Positions 30,754 to 39,123 of a stretch of 64,000 nt of DNA are shown here, one piece after another. A program made the translations under genes and the position numbers. Source of the DNA: an uncultured Christensenella sp. GTDB lineage: Bacteria > Bacillota > Clostridia > Christensenellales > UBA1242. The notes beneath the pieces are model-generated. The model did no database searches and was not told the DNA's origin. It worked only from the letters and a program-made list of their open reading frames with translations. Where the stretch lies: positions 983 through 64,982 of the forward strand of contig CAZIRR010000003.1 in assembly GCA_964541825.1 (NCBI GenBank). Reading direction: 5' to 3'. Each line of letters starts with the position of its first letter. The stretch's first letter is position 1.

Positions 30754-31710
30754 ATGAATTCCAAATTTCAGTCCAATCTAAAAAAATTAGCACAAAATTA
30801 TAGCCAAAAGCAAATAGCACTCAAGACTGGATTTTCGCAATCGAGTATCAATAATTATTTGTCGGGCAGTAGCGACCCCTCAATACAATTCGTTATATCA
30901 CTTAAAGAAGCTTTTGGGATAAGTGTGGACGATTTTTTGTTTTCCGACTTTGAGATTGAGAACAAAGTGTCTTATGACCAGTTTTTGGGGAATTATATCA
31001 TTTATTATTACAATAATAGCTCTTACAAAGGTGAAGTCCATACCAATATATCCAATACTTTGAATTACGGTGTGCTAAGCGTATTCAAAAGTAGCGGGAC
31101 GGAAGATACTCACGTTTGTGCGACATTTTTCAAAGAAAAGATAAGCGCTACACGTATGCTAAAACTCCTTAATGCAGATATAGATAGGACAGAAGAGATA
31201 TATAGAAACCAAGGCAACCTGTATGAGGGAGATATTTCTTATACCGACCAAAGTTTGTTTTTGCATTTGTCCAATAAAGATAATTGCGACAAATGTTTCA
31301 TAATTCTCAATAATCCTCCTACCAAACAAAATTACATTGGTGGAGTGGGGACAGTTAATTCTATAGCAAGGGGAAGAGAACACAATCCTTGCGTGCAATT
31401 TATTATTCTTTCCAAAAAAATAATCGATGTGCCAGATGGCGAATTGTACAAAATTTTGAAATTCGAAGATTATTCTGTCAACCTTGACTATGCTATCAAA
31501 GATACTATAGAATTATTCAAAAGATTGTATGCCGAAAATAACGAACTCTCCATAGAACTAAACGATGACCAAAAATTGGCTATAGTTAGGAACAAATTGG
31601 AATATTACTTCAATGATATTTTGAGTGCAAATACCTTTCGCTTTGCCAAAGTTTCCAATAAAGAAGATGATGGCATCTATAAATTAATCAAGGAGGGGAT
31701 AGATGCTTGA
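30754..31710 (+). CDS. XRE-family HTH protein with ~250-aa uncharacterised C-terminal domain
   Basis: N-terminus LKKLAQNYSQKQIALKTGFSQSSINNYLSGSSDPSIQFVISLKEAFGISVDDFLF is a Cro/C1-type HTH. The remainder is unrecognised. The stop overlaps the start of the next gene. Confidence 0.8.
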   Translation: MNSKFQSNLKKLAQNYSQKQIALKTGFSQSSINNYLSGSSDPSIQFVISLKEAFGISVDDFLFSDFEIENKVSYDQFLGNYIIYYYNNSSYKGEVHTNISNTLNYGVLSVFKSSGTEDTHVCATFFKEKISATRMLKLLNADIDRTEEIYRNQGNLYEGDISYTDQSLFLHLSNKDNCDKCFIILNNPPTKQNYIGGVGTVNSIARGREHNPCVQFIILSKKIIDVPDGELYKILKFEDYSVNLDYAIKDTIELFKRLYAENNELSIELNDDQKLAIVRNKLEYYFNDILSANTFRFAKVSNKEDDGIYKLIKEGIDA

Positions 31711-33130
31711 TTTAGTAGAAAAAAGATTTGAATTAATTTTGCAAATCGCCAAAGATAATTATTTGCCTCTAGAAATAATCAAAAAAGCATATGCCGTTGC
31801 CAAAAATTTGCACAAAGACCAATTGCGAAAAGACGGCTTGCCATATATAAGCCACCCTGTCGAAGTTGCATTGATTTTGGCTAAACTAAACTTTGACGAA
31901 AATGTCATTTGTGGGGCTATTCTTCACGATACTATAGAAGATTGCGACTATCTCCCAGAACAAATGGCAAAAGACTTCAATTCGACTATTTTTAATTTTG
32001 TAGATTGTGTAAGTGCTATAGATAAGACTAAATATGTCTTTGACAAAAATAATCTCTATGAAGACGAAAATTTCGTAAAATCATCAGCCGAAGAACAGAC
32101 TTTTATCAAACTTATTAGCCTTGGCAAAAAAAATCCTTGCGGATTTGCCATCAAATTTGCAGATAGACTACACAATTTGAGGACTATTACTTGCTTTGAT
32201 TATTCCAAACAATTAGAAAAAGTCCGCGAGACCGAGAAATGGGTCATTCCTCTAGCCAAAGCGCTTAAATCGGAATATTTCTATAGAGCTATCAAAAATG
32301 AGTGCTTCAAGATTGTCAATAAATATGCCGGTAGACAATTTTTCTCGGCTTACGAAAATTATCATAATTCCAATAAAGCCCGCATAGGAAAATTGACTGT
32401 CGCTCTCAAAGAAATATTTGCAGGCACTTCTATCGTTGGTGTCAAAATCAAAGATGTGAGAGAGTACAAAGTATTCGAGGACTTGCAAAAAATCTATAAG
32501 TTTATAGATATATCCAAGATTTCTCAAGGTCAAATAATTGGCGTGACTAATTATAATATTTATCTCCTTTACAAAGATACTGCCAAAAAGAATGTAATAT
32601 CCGAAGTCCTAGATATCCTCTCTAGGACTCAGATGAAAGTTATAGACGCCAAAGTAGGCGGTTTTACAGACAAAGTGTATTTGCAATTCGAAGATGAAGT
32701 CAATAATAAATACAATATTTATATTATGAGCGAGGGCGAATATCAAATAAACAAAGTCGGCACATTTGTAGGTCAAAATGTAGATAGTATTGACGAAGAC
32801 AATATCAATCACCTAGAAGAAGAATTAATTAGGATAAAAACTAGGTCGGGAGAAATCAAATATATCGCCAAAAATAGTAGTGTTTTGGACTTTGCGTTCA
32901 AAATTCACAAAGATCTAGGCTTTGCATTTAAATATGCCATCATAAACGATAGCAAAACCAAATTCCCACCATACACCAAATTGAATAATAATGACAAAGT
33001 TGAGATAGTTCTGGCCAAAGACGATGGGGGTGGACTTATCAAGTCTCCACAACTTCGCTGGCTGGCTTATGTCAATACCGAACTTGCCAAAAGAATACTT
33101 ATCAAATATTTCGAAAGTATGCTTAAGTAG
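31703..33130 (+). CDS. truncated RelA/SpoT homologue: HD hydrolase + degenerate synthetase-like region + TGS
   Basis: HD-domain motifs RKDGLPYISHPVEVA, HDTIED and KFADRLHNLRT. TGS-like IRIKTRSGEIKYIAKNSSVLDFAFKIHKDLGF...NDKVEIV. Expected synthetase motifs are substituted. AGGAGGGG SD 5 nt upstream; start overlaps the XRE stop (ATGCTTGA). Confidence 0.8.
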   Translation: MLDLVEKRFELILQIAKDNYLPLEIIKKAYAVAKNLHKDQLRKDGLPYISHPVEVALILAKLNFDENVICGAILHDTIEDCDYLPEQMAKDFNSTIFNFVDCVSAIDKTKYVFDKNNLYEDENFVKSSAEEQTFIKLISLGKKNPCGFAIKFADRLHNLRTITCFDYSKQLEKVRETEKWVIPLAKALKSEYFYRAIKNECFKIVNKYAGRQFFSAYENYHNSNKARIGKLTVALKEIFAGTSIVGVKIKDVREYKVFEDLQKIYKFIDISKISQGQIIGVTNYNIYLLYKDTAKKNVISEVLDILSRTQMKVIDAKVGGFTDKVYLQFEDEVNNKYNIYIMSEGEYQINKVGTFVGQNVDSIDEDNINHLEEELIRIKTRSGEIKYIAKNSSVLDFAFKIHKDLGFAFKYAIINDSKTKFPPYTKLNNNDKVEIVLAKDDGGGLIKSPQLRWLAYVNTELAKRILIKYFESMLK

Positions 33131-33211
33131 GTCAAAAATAACTTGACTTTATTTCGCCATTGATATATCCTAATATATATTTTTGGCAATATTGCATTAT
33201 AGGGAGGATTT

Positions 33212-34492
33212 ATGTTAGAACAAGTTTCAAAATTAAAAGAAGGCAGAGTTAGATTTGGCGGAATTGTAGATACCGTTAGGGACAAAAAAAATATACAATT
33301 CGTTATCATTAGAGATTTTAGTGGCAAAATCCAACTTACTATAGACAAGGTTGCACACCCAGAAGTGGGCGAAGTCTTTGCTCATTTGCTTCCTGGCTCT
33401 TCTGTGGTAGTGACTGGCGAATTGGTGCTATCCGAATATGTCAAGATGGGTGGCAAAGAAGTGCTAGTAGATAGCGTAGAAGTGACTAGTACTGCCGAAG
33501 TTAGCCCAATTGACGCAGATACCTCTATCGACCAGAGGATAGACTATAGATGGCTAGATTTGCGTACAAACAAAAATTTGCTTATGTTCAAAATTCAGTC
33601 TTTTGTGCAAGAATGCTTCAGACAATTTTTGTCCGAGAGAGATTTCTTGGAAATCCATTCACCTAAACTAATTGGTACAGCATCAGAGAGTGGCTCAGAA
33701 GTATTTGAAGTCAAATATTTCGATACCAAAGCATATTTGGCTCAGAGTCCTCAATTCTACAAACAAATGGCTATTTGTGGCGGTTTTGGTAGAGTATTTG
33801 AGTGTGGTGCAGTGTTTAGAGCAGAGAAATCTCACTCCAAAAAACACGCCACCGAATTTACCGGCTTTGACCTTGAATTTGCTGGTATTGAGAGTTTCGA
33901 AGACGTTATGGCTATGGAAGAACAATTGCTAGAGTATACTCTTAGACAATTAAAAGAGAAATTTGGCGACCAAATCAAAGAAACTTTTGGCATAGATGTA
34001 GTAGTGCCTACTCTTCCTTTCCCTCGTATCAAACTTGCTGACCTGTATGCTCAATTGCAAGAGAACTTCGGCTACACCGTGCCAGTAGAAGAACAAGACG
34101 ATATGACTACCGAGGCTGAGAAATTGTGTAGAGAATATGCTATGCAGAAATACGGCCACGAATTCATCTTTGTTACCGATTTTGGTGCTAGGAAAAGGGC
34201 TTTTTATCACCTAAGGAAAGATGGCATTCCTCAAGGCTACGACCTTGTGTGGAAGGGTATGGAGATTACAACTGGCGCTCAGAGAGAACATAGATATGAT
34301 ATTTTGAAAGCTCAAGCCGAAGAAAAAGGCCTTGCAAAAGACGTAGAATTCTACCTACAATTCTTTAGATATGGCTGTATGCCTCACGGTGGCTTTGGAC
34401 TAGGCCTAGATAGATTTATGTGTTGCTTGCTAGACACCAATATCAAAGAAGTCCAATTCGTATTCCGTGGCCCAGATAGACTTGCTCCATAA
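33212..34492 (+). CDS. aspS: aspartate--tRNA ligase, archaeal/type-2 (short, ~426 aa; possibly non-discriminating)
   Basis: Class IIb motifs FRAEKSHSKKHATEFTGFDLEFA and GGFGLGLDRF, with a C-terminus ...RGPDRLAP resembling the archaeal-type AspRS ending. Its length fits type 2 rather than the ~590-aa bacterial type. Confidence 0.75.
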   Translation: MLEQVSKLKEGRVRFGGIVDTVRDKKNIQFVIIRDFSGKIQLTIDKVAHPEVGEVFAHLLPGSSVVVTGELVLSEYVKMGGKEVLVDSVEVTSTAEVSPIDADTSIDQRIDYRWLDLRTNKNLLMFKIQSFVQECFRQFLSERDFLEIHSPKLIGTASESGSEVFEVKYFDTKAYLAQSPQFYKQMAICGGFGRVFECGAVFRAEKSHSKKHATEFTGFDLEFAGIESFEDVMAMEEQLLEYTLRQLKEKFGDQIKETFGIDVVVPTLPFPRIKLADLYAQLQENFGYTVPVEEQDDMTTEAEKLCREYAMQKYGHEFIFVTDFGARKRAFYHLRKDGIPQGYDLVWKGMEITTGAQREHRYDILKAQAEEKGLAKDVEFYLQFFRYGCMPHGGFGLGLDRFMCCLLDTNIKEVQFVFRGPDRLAP

Positions 34493-34528
34493 TGTTTTTG
34501 AATATTGTATAGTGTATAAATAAATATT

Positions 34529-34562
34529 GCTCCCTTGACCAAAATAAAGGGGAGCTTTTTTC
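34529..34562 (+). terminator. rho-independent terminator after aspS
   Basis: Stem GCTCCCTT / AAGGGGAGC followed by a T-run. Confidence 0.7.
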
Positions 34563-34592
34563 TTGACAGCCATCTTTTTTCTTGTGTATAAT
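34563..34592 (+). promoter_or_regulatory. strong sigma70-type promoter candidate for the 1379-aa gene
   Basis: TTGACA (34563-34568), 18-nt spacer, TATAAT (34587-34592). Confidence 0.6.
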
Positions 34593-34610
34593 GAGATATA
34601 GAAAAAAGTT

Positions 34611-34662
34611 TATAGATAATATCTATAAAAATCTCGATTTTATCTATAAAATTCTCAATTTT
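34611..34662 (+). promoter_or_regulatory. palindrome plus tandem 21-nt direct repeat in the leader (candidate operator)
   Basis: TATAGATaatATCTATA (34611-34627). ATCTATAAAAATCTCGATTTT (34621-34641) is followed directly by ATCTATAAAATTCTCAATTTT (34642-34662). Confidence 0.4.
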
Positions 34663-34721
34663 CCAAAAAATACTAGAAATTATAGTTTTTTTATCAAATC
34701 CATACAAGGGGAAAAGTAATA

Positions 34722-37700
34722 ATGAAAAATGGAAATAAATTACTCAAAAAACTAGCTACATTTGGGCTTATTCTTGCTACCGCAATATCTTTGGGTGGCG
34801 GTTTTTTGACATCTCCTATAGATGAAATCAATGCTATATCCGATACGGATAAGGCAAATAAAACTAGCTTTGTCAAAGTTGGCGAATTGTACAATACTGC
34901 CGACCAATCCTTTAATGCAGATAATTACAATATCTTGCTTAAATACTTGACAGGTAATTCTAGTGCTACTCTTGCTAATGTGACTACACTTGCTTCGGCT
35001 AATAACAATCAATTCTCGTCATCGGGATACATAGGCACTGACGCTAGTGTAATTAGGGCCAAAACCCTAACCGCCGGCACCCAGGGGTCTACATCATATC
35101 TAGCCAAAACTAGTAGCAAAGACGTGTGTGTTCGTCTAGGTGGTCTAGATTGGCAGGTAATGTACTTGACCAAGAATACCAATAATGACACTATCCTCAC
35201 CCTTTGGCTAGATAATAATATCCAAGAAACTTGGTCAAGCCAGTCTAGTTCGGGGACTAAATACGGATTCTTAGATGGTGGACTGTATAGCGAGTTTTCT
35301 TATAACTATGTTGATAGTTCTTATTCTTCTAATTATCCTGCTGCTTCGTATGGCACTAGTTATGTCCATATAGTTACTCTTAATAATGGCGGGACATATT
35401 CTACTAGTACTACTGCTACATCTACATTTACTCCGTCTTCATCTAGTATCTTTGCCACATTTACAATGCCTGAGTATGGACTTACAGATTATCTGGTTAC
35501 CCCTAGAACTATCTCTTGGCAAGAAGACCAATCTTCTAAGACCATTTTGTCAAAAACTTATAAGTATTCTAATGAAGATTATACTACAAATCAGAGCAAT
35601 ACTGATTATTATGGAAGTTATAATTACTCCGGCAAGACAAATTATGATGCTTGGGCAGACGATTATCTATGGCTTCCAAGCATTAGTGAAGTAGGCCAAA
35701 ATACCACATATACAGGACTTTGGAATTCATCTATTTATCAGAAACAAAATGCATCGGGATCTGATAGCGAAACTACTCTAGGCAAAGTAGACGCAACTAA
35801 TGATAATGCATATCCTATGGTTTGGGTTCGTACGGGGTGTGTTGATAATGCTAATTATGCATACTATATCGCTACAGGTGGTGCAGATTTTGTTTGGAAA
35901 AAATGTTCGTGGTCTCTTGCAGTACGTCCTGCTCTTCACCTAAATCTATCTGCCATAGATGCCTCTATCCTAAACGACGTCTCTGTCGGCGAACTATATA
36001 ATTCTAGTAGTAAAACTTTTAACGAAGAGAATTATGCCATTCTGCTTAAATACTTGACAGGTAATACCGATGCAACTATAGATACAGTAGCTACTTTGGC
36101 AGGGACTAATAACAATCAATTCTCCTCATCGGGATACACAGGTACTGATGCCGGTGTAATTAGAGCCAAGACTCTATCTGCTGGCACCTATGGCACTACT
36201 TCTTATGCCGAGAAGAAGAAAGGCGACATCATCGTCACCCTGGGCGGTCTCAAGTGGCAAGTAATGTACTTAAGCCAGTCCACCGATGGAGATACTCTCC
36301 TCACTCTGTGGCTAGACAATAGCACCCAAGACGCTTGGACAGGACGGTCTAGCACCGAGGGGACATACTATGGATATATAGATGGTGGACTGTATAGTAT
36401 GTGGTCTGCTAATTACAATATAGATAATCCAGGAGACGCATATCCTAGCAATATGTATGGTACGAGCTATATAAATACCATTACTCTTAATAATGGCGGA
36501 TATTGTTCGGTAAGCGGTACATCTACGGGTCCAACAACTAAATCTACATCTAGTGCATTTGCACTCTTTACCATGTCCCAGTATGGACTTACAGATTATC
36601 TGGCTACTCCTAGAAAAGTAAGCTGGCAAGAAAACCAGTCAGTTCTAGATATACTAGATAGCTATTCATATAGACTGCCAAACGAGGCATATGCATCAAA
36701 TATAGCAGATAGCGAATTTTCTTACGATAGCAGTCTTGGCGAATATTACAATTACTCCAACAAAACATACAATGATGCCTGGGCAGATGGCTACCTATGG
36801 CTTCCTAGTAGAAGCGAAGTAGGTAATTCATCTAGTGACCCCGGTTTGTGGAATACATCTTTATCTCAGAGACAAAATTATGATGGGACCACAACTACAG
36901 CCCTAGGGACAGTAGGAAGTGGTGGAGGCTCGGCATATGCATATACCTATCTTCGCTCGGGGAATAATAATTCAGGAAGAATAGTAACTTCATTATCTCC
37001 AGCAGGACTAGGGTTGGAGGGTAATACAAACAGGTTTGTTAATTATTGTATGGCAGTCCGCCCCGCATTACATCTAAATTTGAGCGATATATATGATAAA
37101 CTTTATGGCGATGTTTCAGTCGGCGAACTCTATGATTCTACAAATATGACTTTTAACGAAGATAATTACAATATTTTGCTTAAATACTTGACAGGCAATG
37201 CTAGTGCTACTATAAGCACAGTGTCTACATTGGCTGGGACGAATAACAATTCATTTTCTTCATCAGGATATACAGGAACAGATTCTAGTTATTTTAGAAG
37301 CAAAACTCTATCTGCTGGTACTTCTGGCTCTACCGCCTACGCCGAGAAAAAAATAGGGGATATTGTCGTTACCCTGGGAGGCCTCAAGTGGCAAGTAGTG
37401 TACCTCAGCAAATCCACCGATGGAGATACCATAGTAACCCTTTGGCTAGATAATAGCACCCAAGACGCTTGGGCGGACCGCTCCAATACTGAAGGCGATT
37501 ATTACGGCTTTATAAACGGTGGTCTGTATAGTATGTGGTCGGCGAATTGGATCAATGCCACTCCTGGCACTAGCCCATCAAATATGTATGGTACTAGCTA
37601 TATAAATGCTGTAACACTTAATAATGGCGGATATTATGCTACAGGTAATGATAATTCTGCTTCTGGTGGAAGTGCTGAACTAATGTCGAGTAAGACAAAT

Positions 37701-38861
37701 GTAGCATCACTTAATGTAAGTATTGGCGAAGAAATAATTGAACTACCAGAACAACCAATTACAGCAAACGACTATGAATTATCAAGCGTGTCCGCATATA
37801 GTGCATTTGCACTCTTTACTATGGCTGAGTATGGACTTACAGATTATTTAGTTATTCCAGTTTGGGTAAGTTGGCAACAAAATCAAAGTGCCAAAACATT
37901 ACTTTCGGCTAGGTATAATAATCCTAATGAAGCATGGTCTATAGCCACTTCTGATGATGGGTTTTATTCCTCTGATTATAATTATGCTAGCAAGGATTAT
38001 AACGACGCCTGGAAGCATAATTACCTATGGCTACCAAGTCTGTCCGAGACAGGTTATTCAAGTAGTTGTTCTGGTCTATGGAATTCATCAATTTCTCAAA
38101 GAAAAAATTTTGACGGAAGCACTATTTCGTCACAGGGGTCTGTAGGCTCTACTAGTGGCTCAGCACATCCTTACACGTGGCTCCGTTCTGGCTTTTACAG
38201 TAGTTCAATTTTTGCTTACTATCTCAGTACGGCAGGCTCAGGTGGCAGTATTATTTGTTATTCTAGTGTCGGTAGTAGTTATGCTGTCCGCCCAGCATTA
38301 CATCTAAACTTGACCGATATATACGCTAATCTAAATGCAGTAAGTCTAGAAGAAGGTGGAGAGATAACTGTATCTCCTTCGAGTGCTACTTATGATGGAC
38401 TGGCTAAAACTCCTACAATTACCGTCAAAAATAATGGCACGACACTAACTGCGGGTACAGATTATACCCTAAGTTACACACTTAATAGCAGTACAGTATC
38501 TGAGATGAAAGAAAAAGGGACATATACTATCACTGCTACTGGTAGGATAGGATACACTGGATCTATAAGCACGACTTTTGTGATAAAAGATGCTGAGTTA
38601 TCTGTTACCATATCTCCACCAAATGAGTATGTGACATTTGTGCGGGGGAGCAATCCTACTTTGTATCTGCAAGACGGCTCGTATATGCTAGTCCTCGGTA
38701 CAGATTATACAGTGACACACACAATAAATTATGATAATCTTATAGGGGTAGCTGTCATAGTTGGCATAGGTGGTTATGGGGGAACAATGACGATTAATTA
38801 TACTATTATCCTCTTAGACCCTGTAGCCAATATCTATTTGATGAAACCAGCTCCTCAATAA
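34722..38861 (+). CDS. secreted 1379-aa protein with three tandem ~370-410-aa modules and C-terminal Ig-like (MBG/YDG-type) repeats
   Basis: Sec signal peptide (KKLATFGLILATAISLGGG). Each module starts VGELY...YNILLKYLTGN, contains LGGLxWQVxYL, LTLWLDN and YLWLPSxSE, and ends AVRPALHLNL. The tail has ATYDGLAKTPTITV...GTDYTLSY...GTYTITATG. Confidence 0.85.
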   Translation: MKNGNKLLKKLATFGLILATAISLGGGFLTSPIDEINAISDTDKANKTSFVKVGELYNTADQSFNADNYNILLKYLTGNSSATLANVTTLASANNNQFSSSGYIGTDASVIRAKTLTAGTQGSTSYLAKTSSKDVCVRLGGLDWQVMYLTKNTNNDTILTLWLDNNIQETWSSQSSSGTKYGFLDGGLYSEFSYNYVDSSYSSNYPAASYGTSYVHIVTLNNGGTYSTSTTATSTFTPSSSSIFATFTMPEYGLTDYLVTPRTISWQEDQSSKTILSKTYKYSNEDYTTNQSNTDYYGSYNYSGKTNYDAWADDYLWLPSISEVGQNTTYTGLWNSSIYQKQNASGSDSETTLGKVDATNDNAYPMVWVRTGCVDNANYAYYIATGGADFVWKKCSWSLAVRPALHLNLSAIDASILNDVSVGELYNSSSKTFNEENYAILLKYLTGNTDATIDTVATLAGTNNNQFSSSGYTGTDAGVIRAKTLSAGTYGTTSYAEKKKGDIIVTLGGLKWQVMYLSQSTDGDTLLTLWLDNSTQDAWTGRSSTEGTYYGYIDGGLYSMWSANYNIDNPGDAYPSNMYGTSYINTITLNNGGYCSVSGTSTGPTTKSTSSAFALFTMSQYGLTDYLATPRKVSWQENQSVLDILDSYSYRLPNEAYASNIADSEFSYDSSLGEYYNYSNKTYNDAWADGYLWLPSRSEVGNSSSDPGLWNTSLSQRQNYDGTTTTALGTVGSGGGSAYAYTYLRSGNNNSGRIVTSLSPAGLGLEGNTNRFVNYCMAVRPALHLNLSDIYDKLYGDVSVGELYDSTNMTFNEDNYNILLKYLTGNASATISTVSTLAGTNNNSFSSSGYTGTDSSYFRSKTLSAGTSGSTAYAEKKIGDIVVTLGGLKWQVVYLSKSTDGDTIVTLWLDNSTQDAWADRSNTEGDYYGFINGGLYSMWSANWINATPGTSPSNMYGTSYINAVTLNNGGYYATGNDNSASGGSAELMSSKTNVASLNVSIGEEIIELPEQPITANDYELSSVSAYSAFALFTMAEYGLTDYLVIPVWVSWQQNQSAKTLLSARYNNPNEAWSIATSDDGFYSSDYNYASKDYNDAWKHNYLWLPSLSETGYSSSCSGLWNSSISQRKNFDGSTISSQGSVGSTSGSAHPYTWLRSGFYSSSIFAYYLSTAGSGGSIICYSSVGSSYAVRPALHLNLTDIYANLNAVSLEEGGEITVSPSSATYDGLAKTPTITVKNNGTTLTAGTDYTLSYTLNSSTVSEMKEKGTYTITATGRIGYTGSISTTFVIKDAELSVTISPPNEYVTFVRGSNPTLYLQDGSYMLVLGTDYTVTHTINYDNLIGVAVIVGIGGYGGTMTINYTIILLDPVANIYLMKPAPQ
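34878..38340 (+). repeat. three tandem intragenic modules (about 1107, 1134 and 1220 nt)
   Basis: Module starts (codons for VGELY) lie at 34878, 35985 and 37119. Conserved DNA blocks such as cttaaatacttgacaggtaat recur in each module. Confidence 0.85.
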
Positions 38862-39059
38862 AATTGTGTTAAAAATACATAAAGTGGAAAATATTTAGGG
38901 GGAATTTTTGGGGTTTGCCATAAATATTCCCCATAAATCGTTGACTTAATATTCATTTCTAGACATAATCTATAATGCAACAAGGAGTAATTATGGAAAT
39001 ATATAGTATATTACGATGATATTGTTTTCTTCTTATGATATCAATGTTGTTAATATTAT

Positions 39060-39088
39060 TTGACATTCTAGAACAAATGTTTTATACT
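39060..39088 (+). promoter_or_regulatory. promoter candidate with embedded LexA (Cheo-box)-like site
   Basis: TTGACA (39060-39065), 17-nt spacer, TATACT (39083-39088). The spacer holds AGAACAAATGTTTT (39070-39083), which matches the Bacillus SOS-box consensus CGAACRNRYGTTYC at 12 of 14 positions. Confidence 0.45.
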
Positions 39089-39123
39089 ATGTATATAGTA
39101 GAAAGTTTTGTCTAGGAGTAGTT

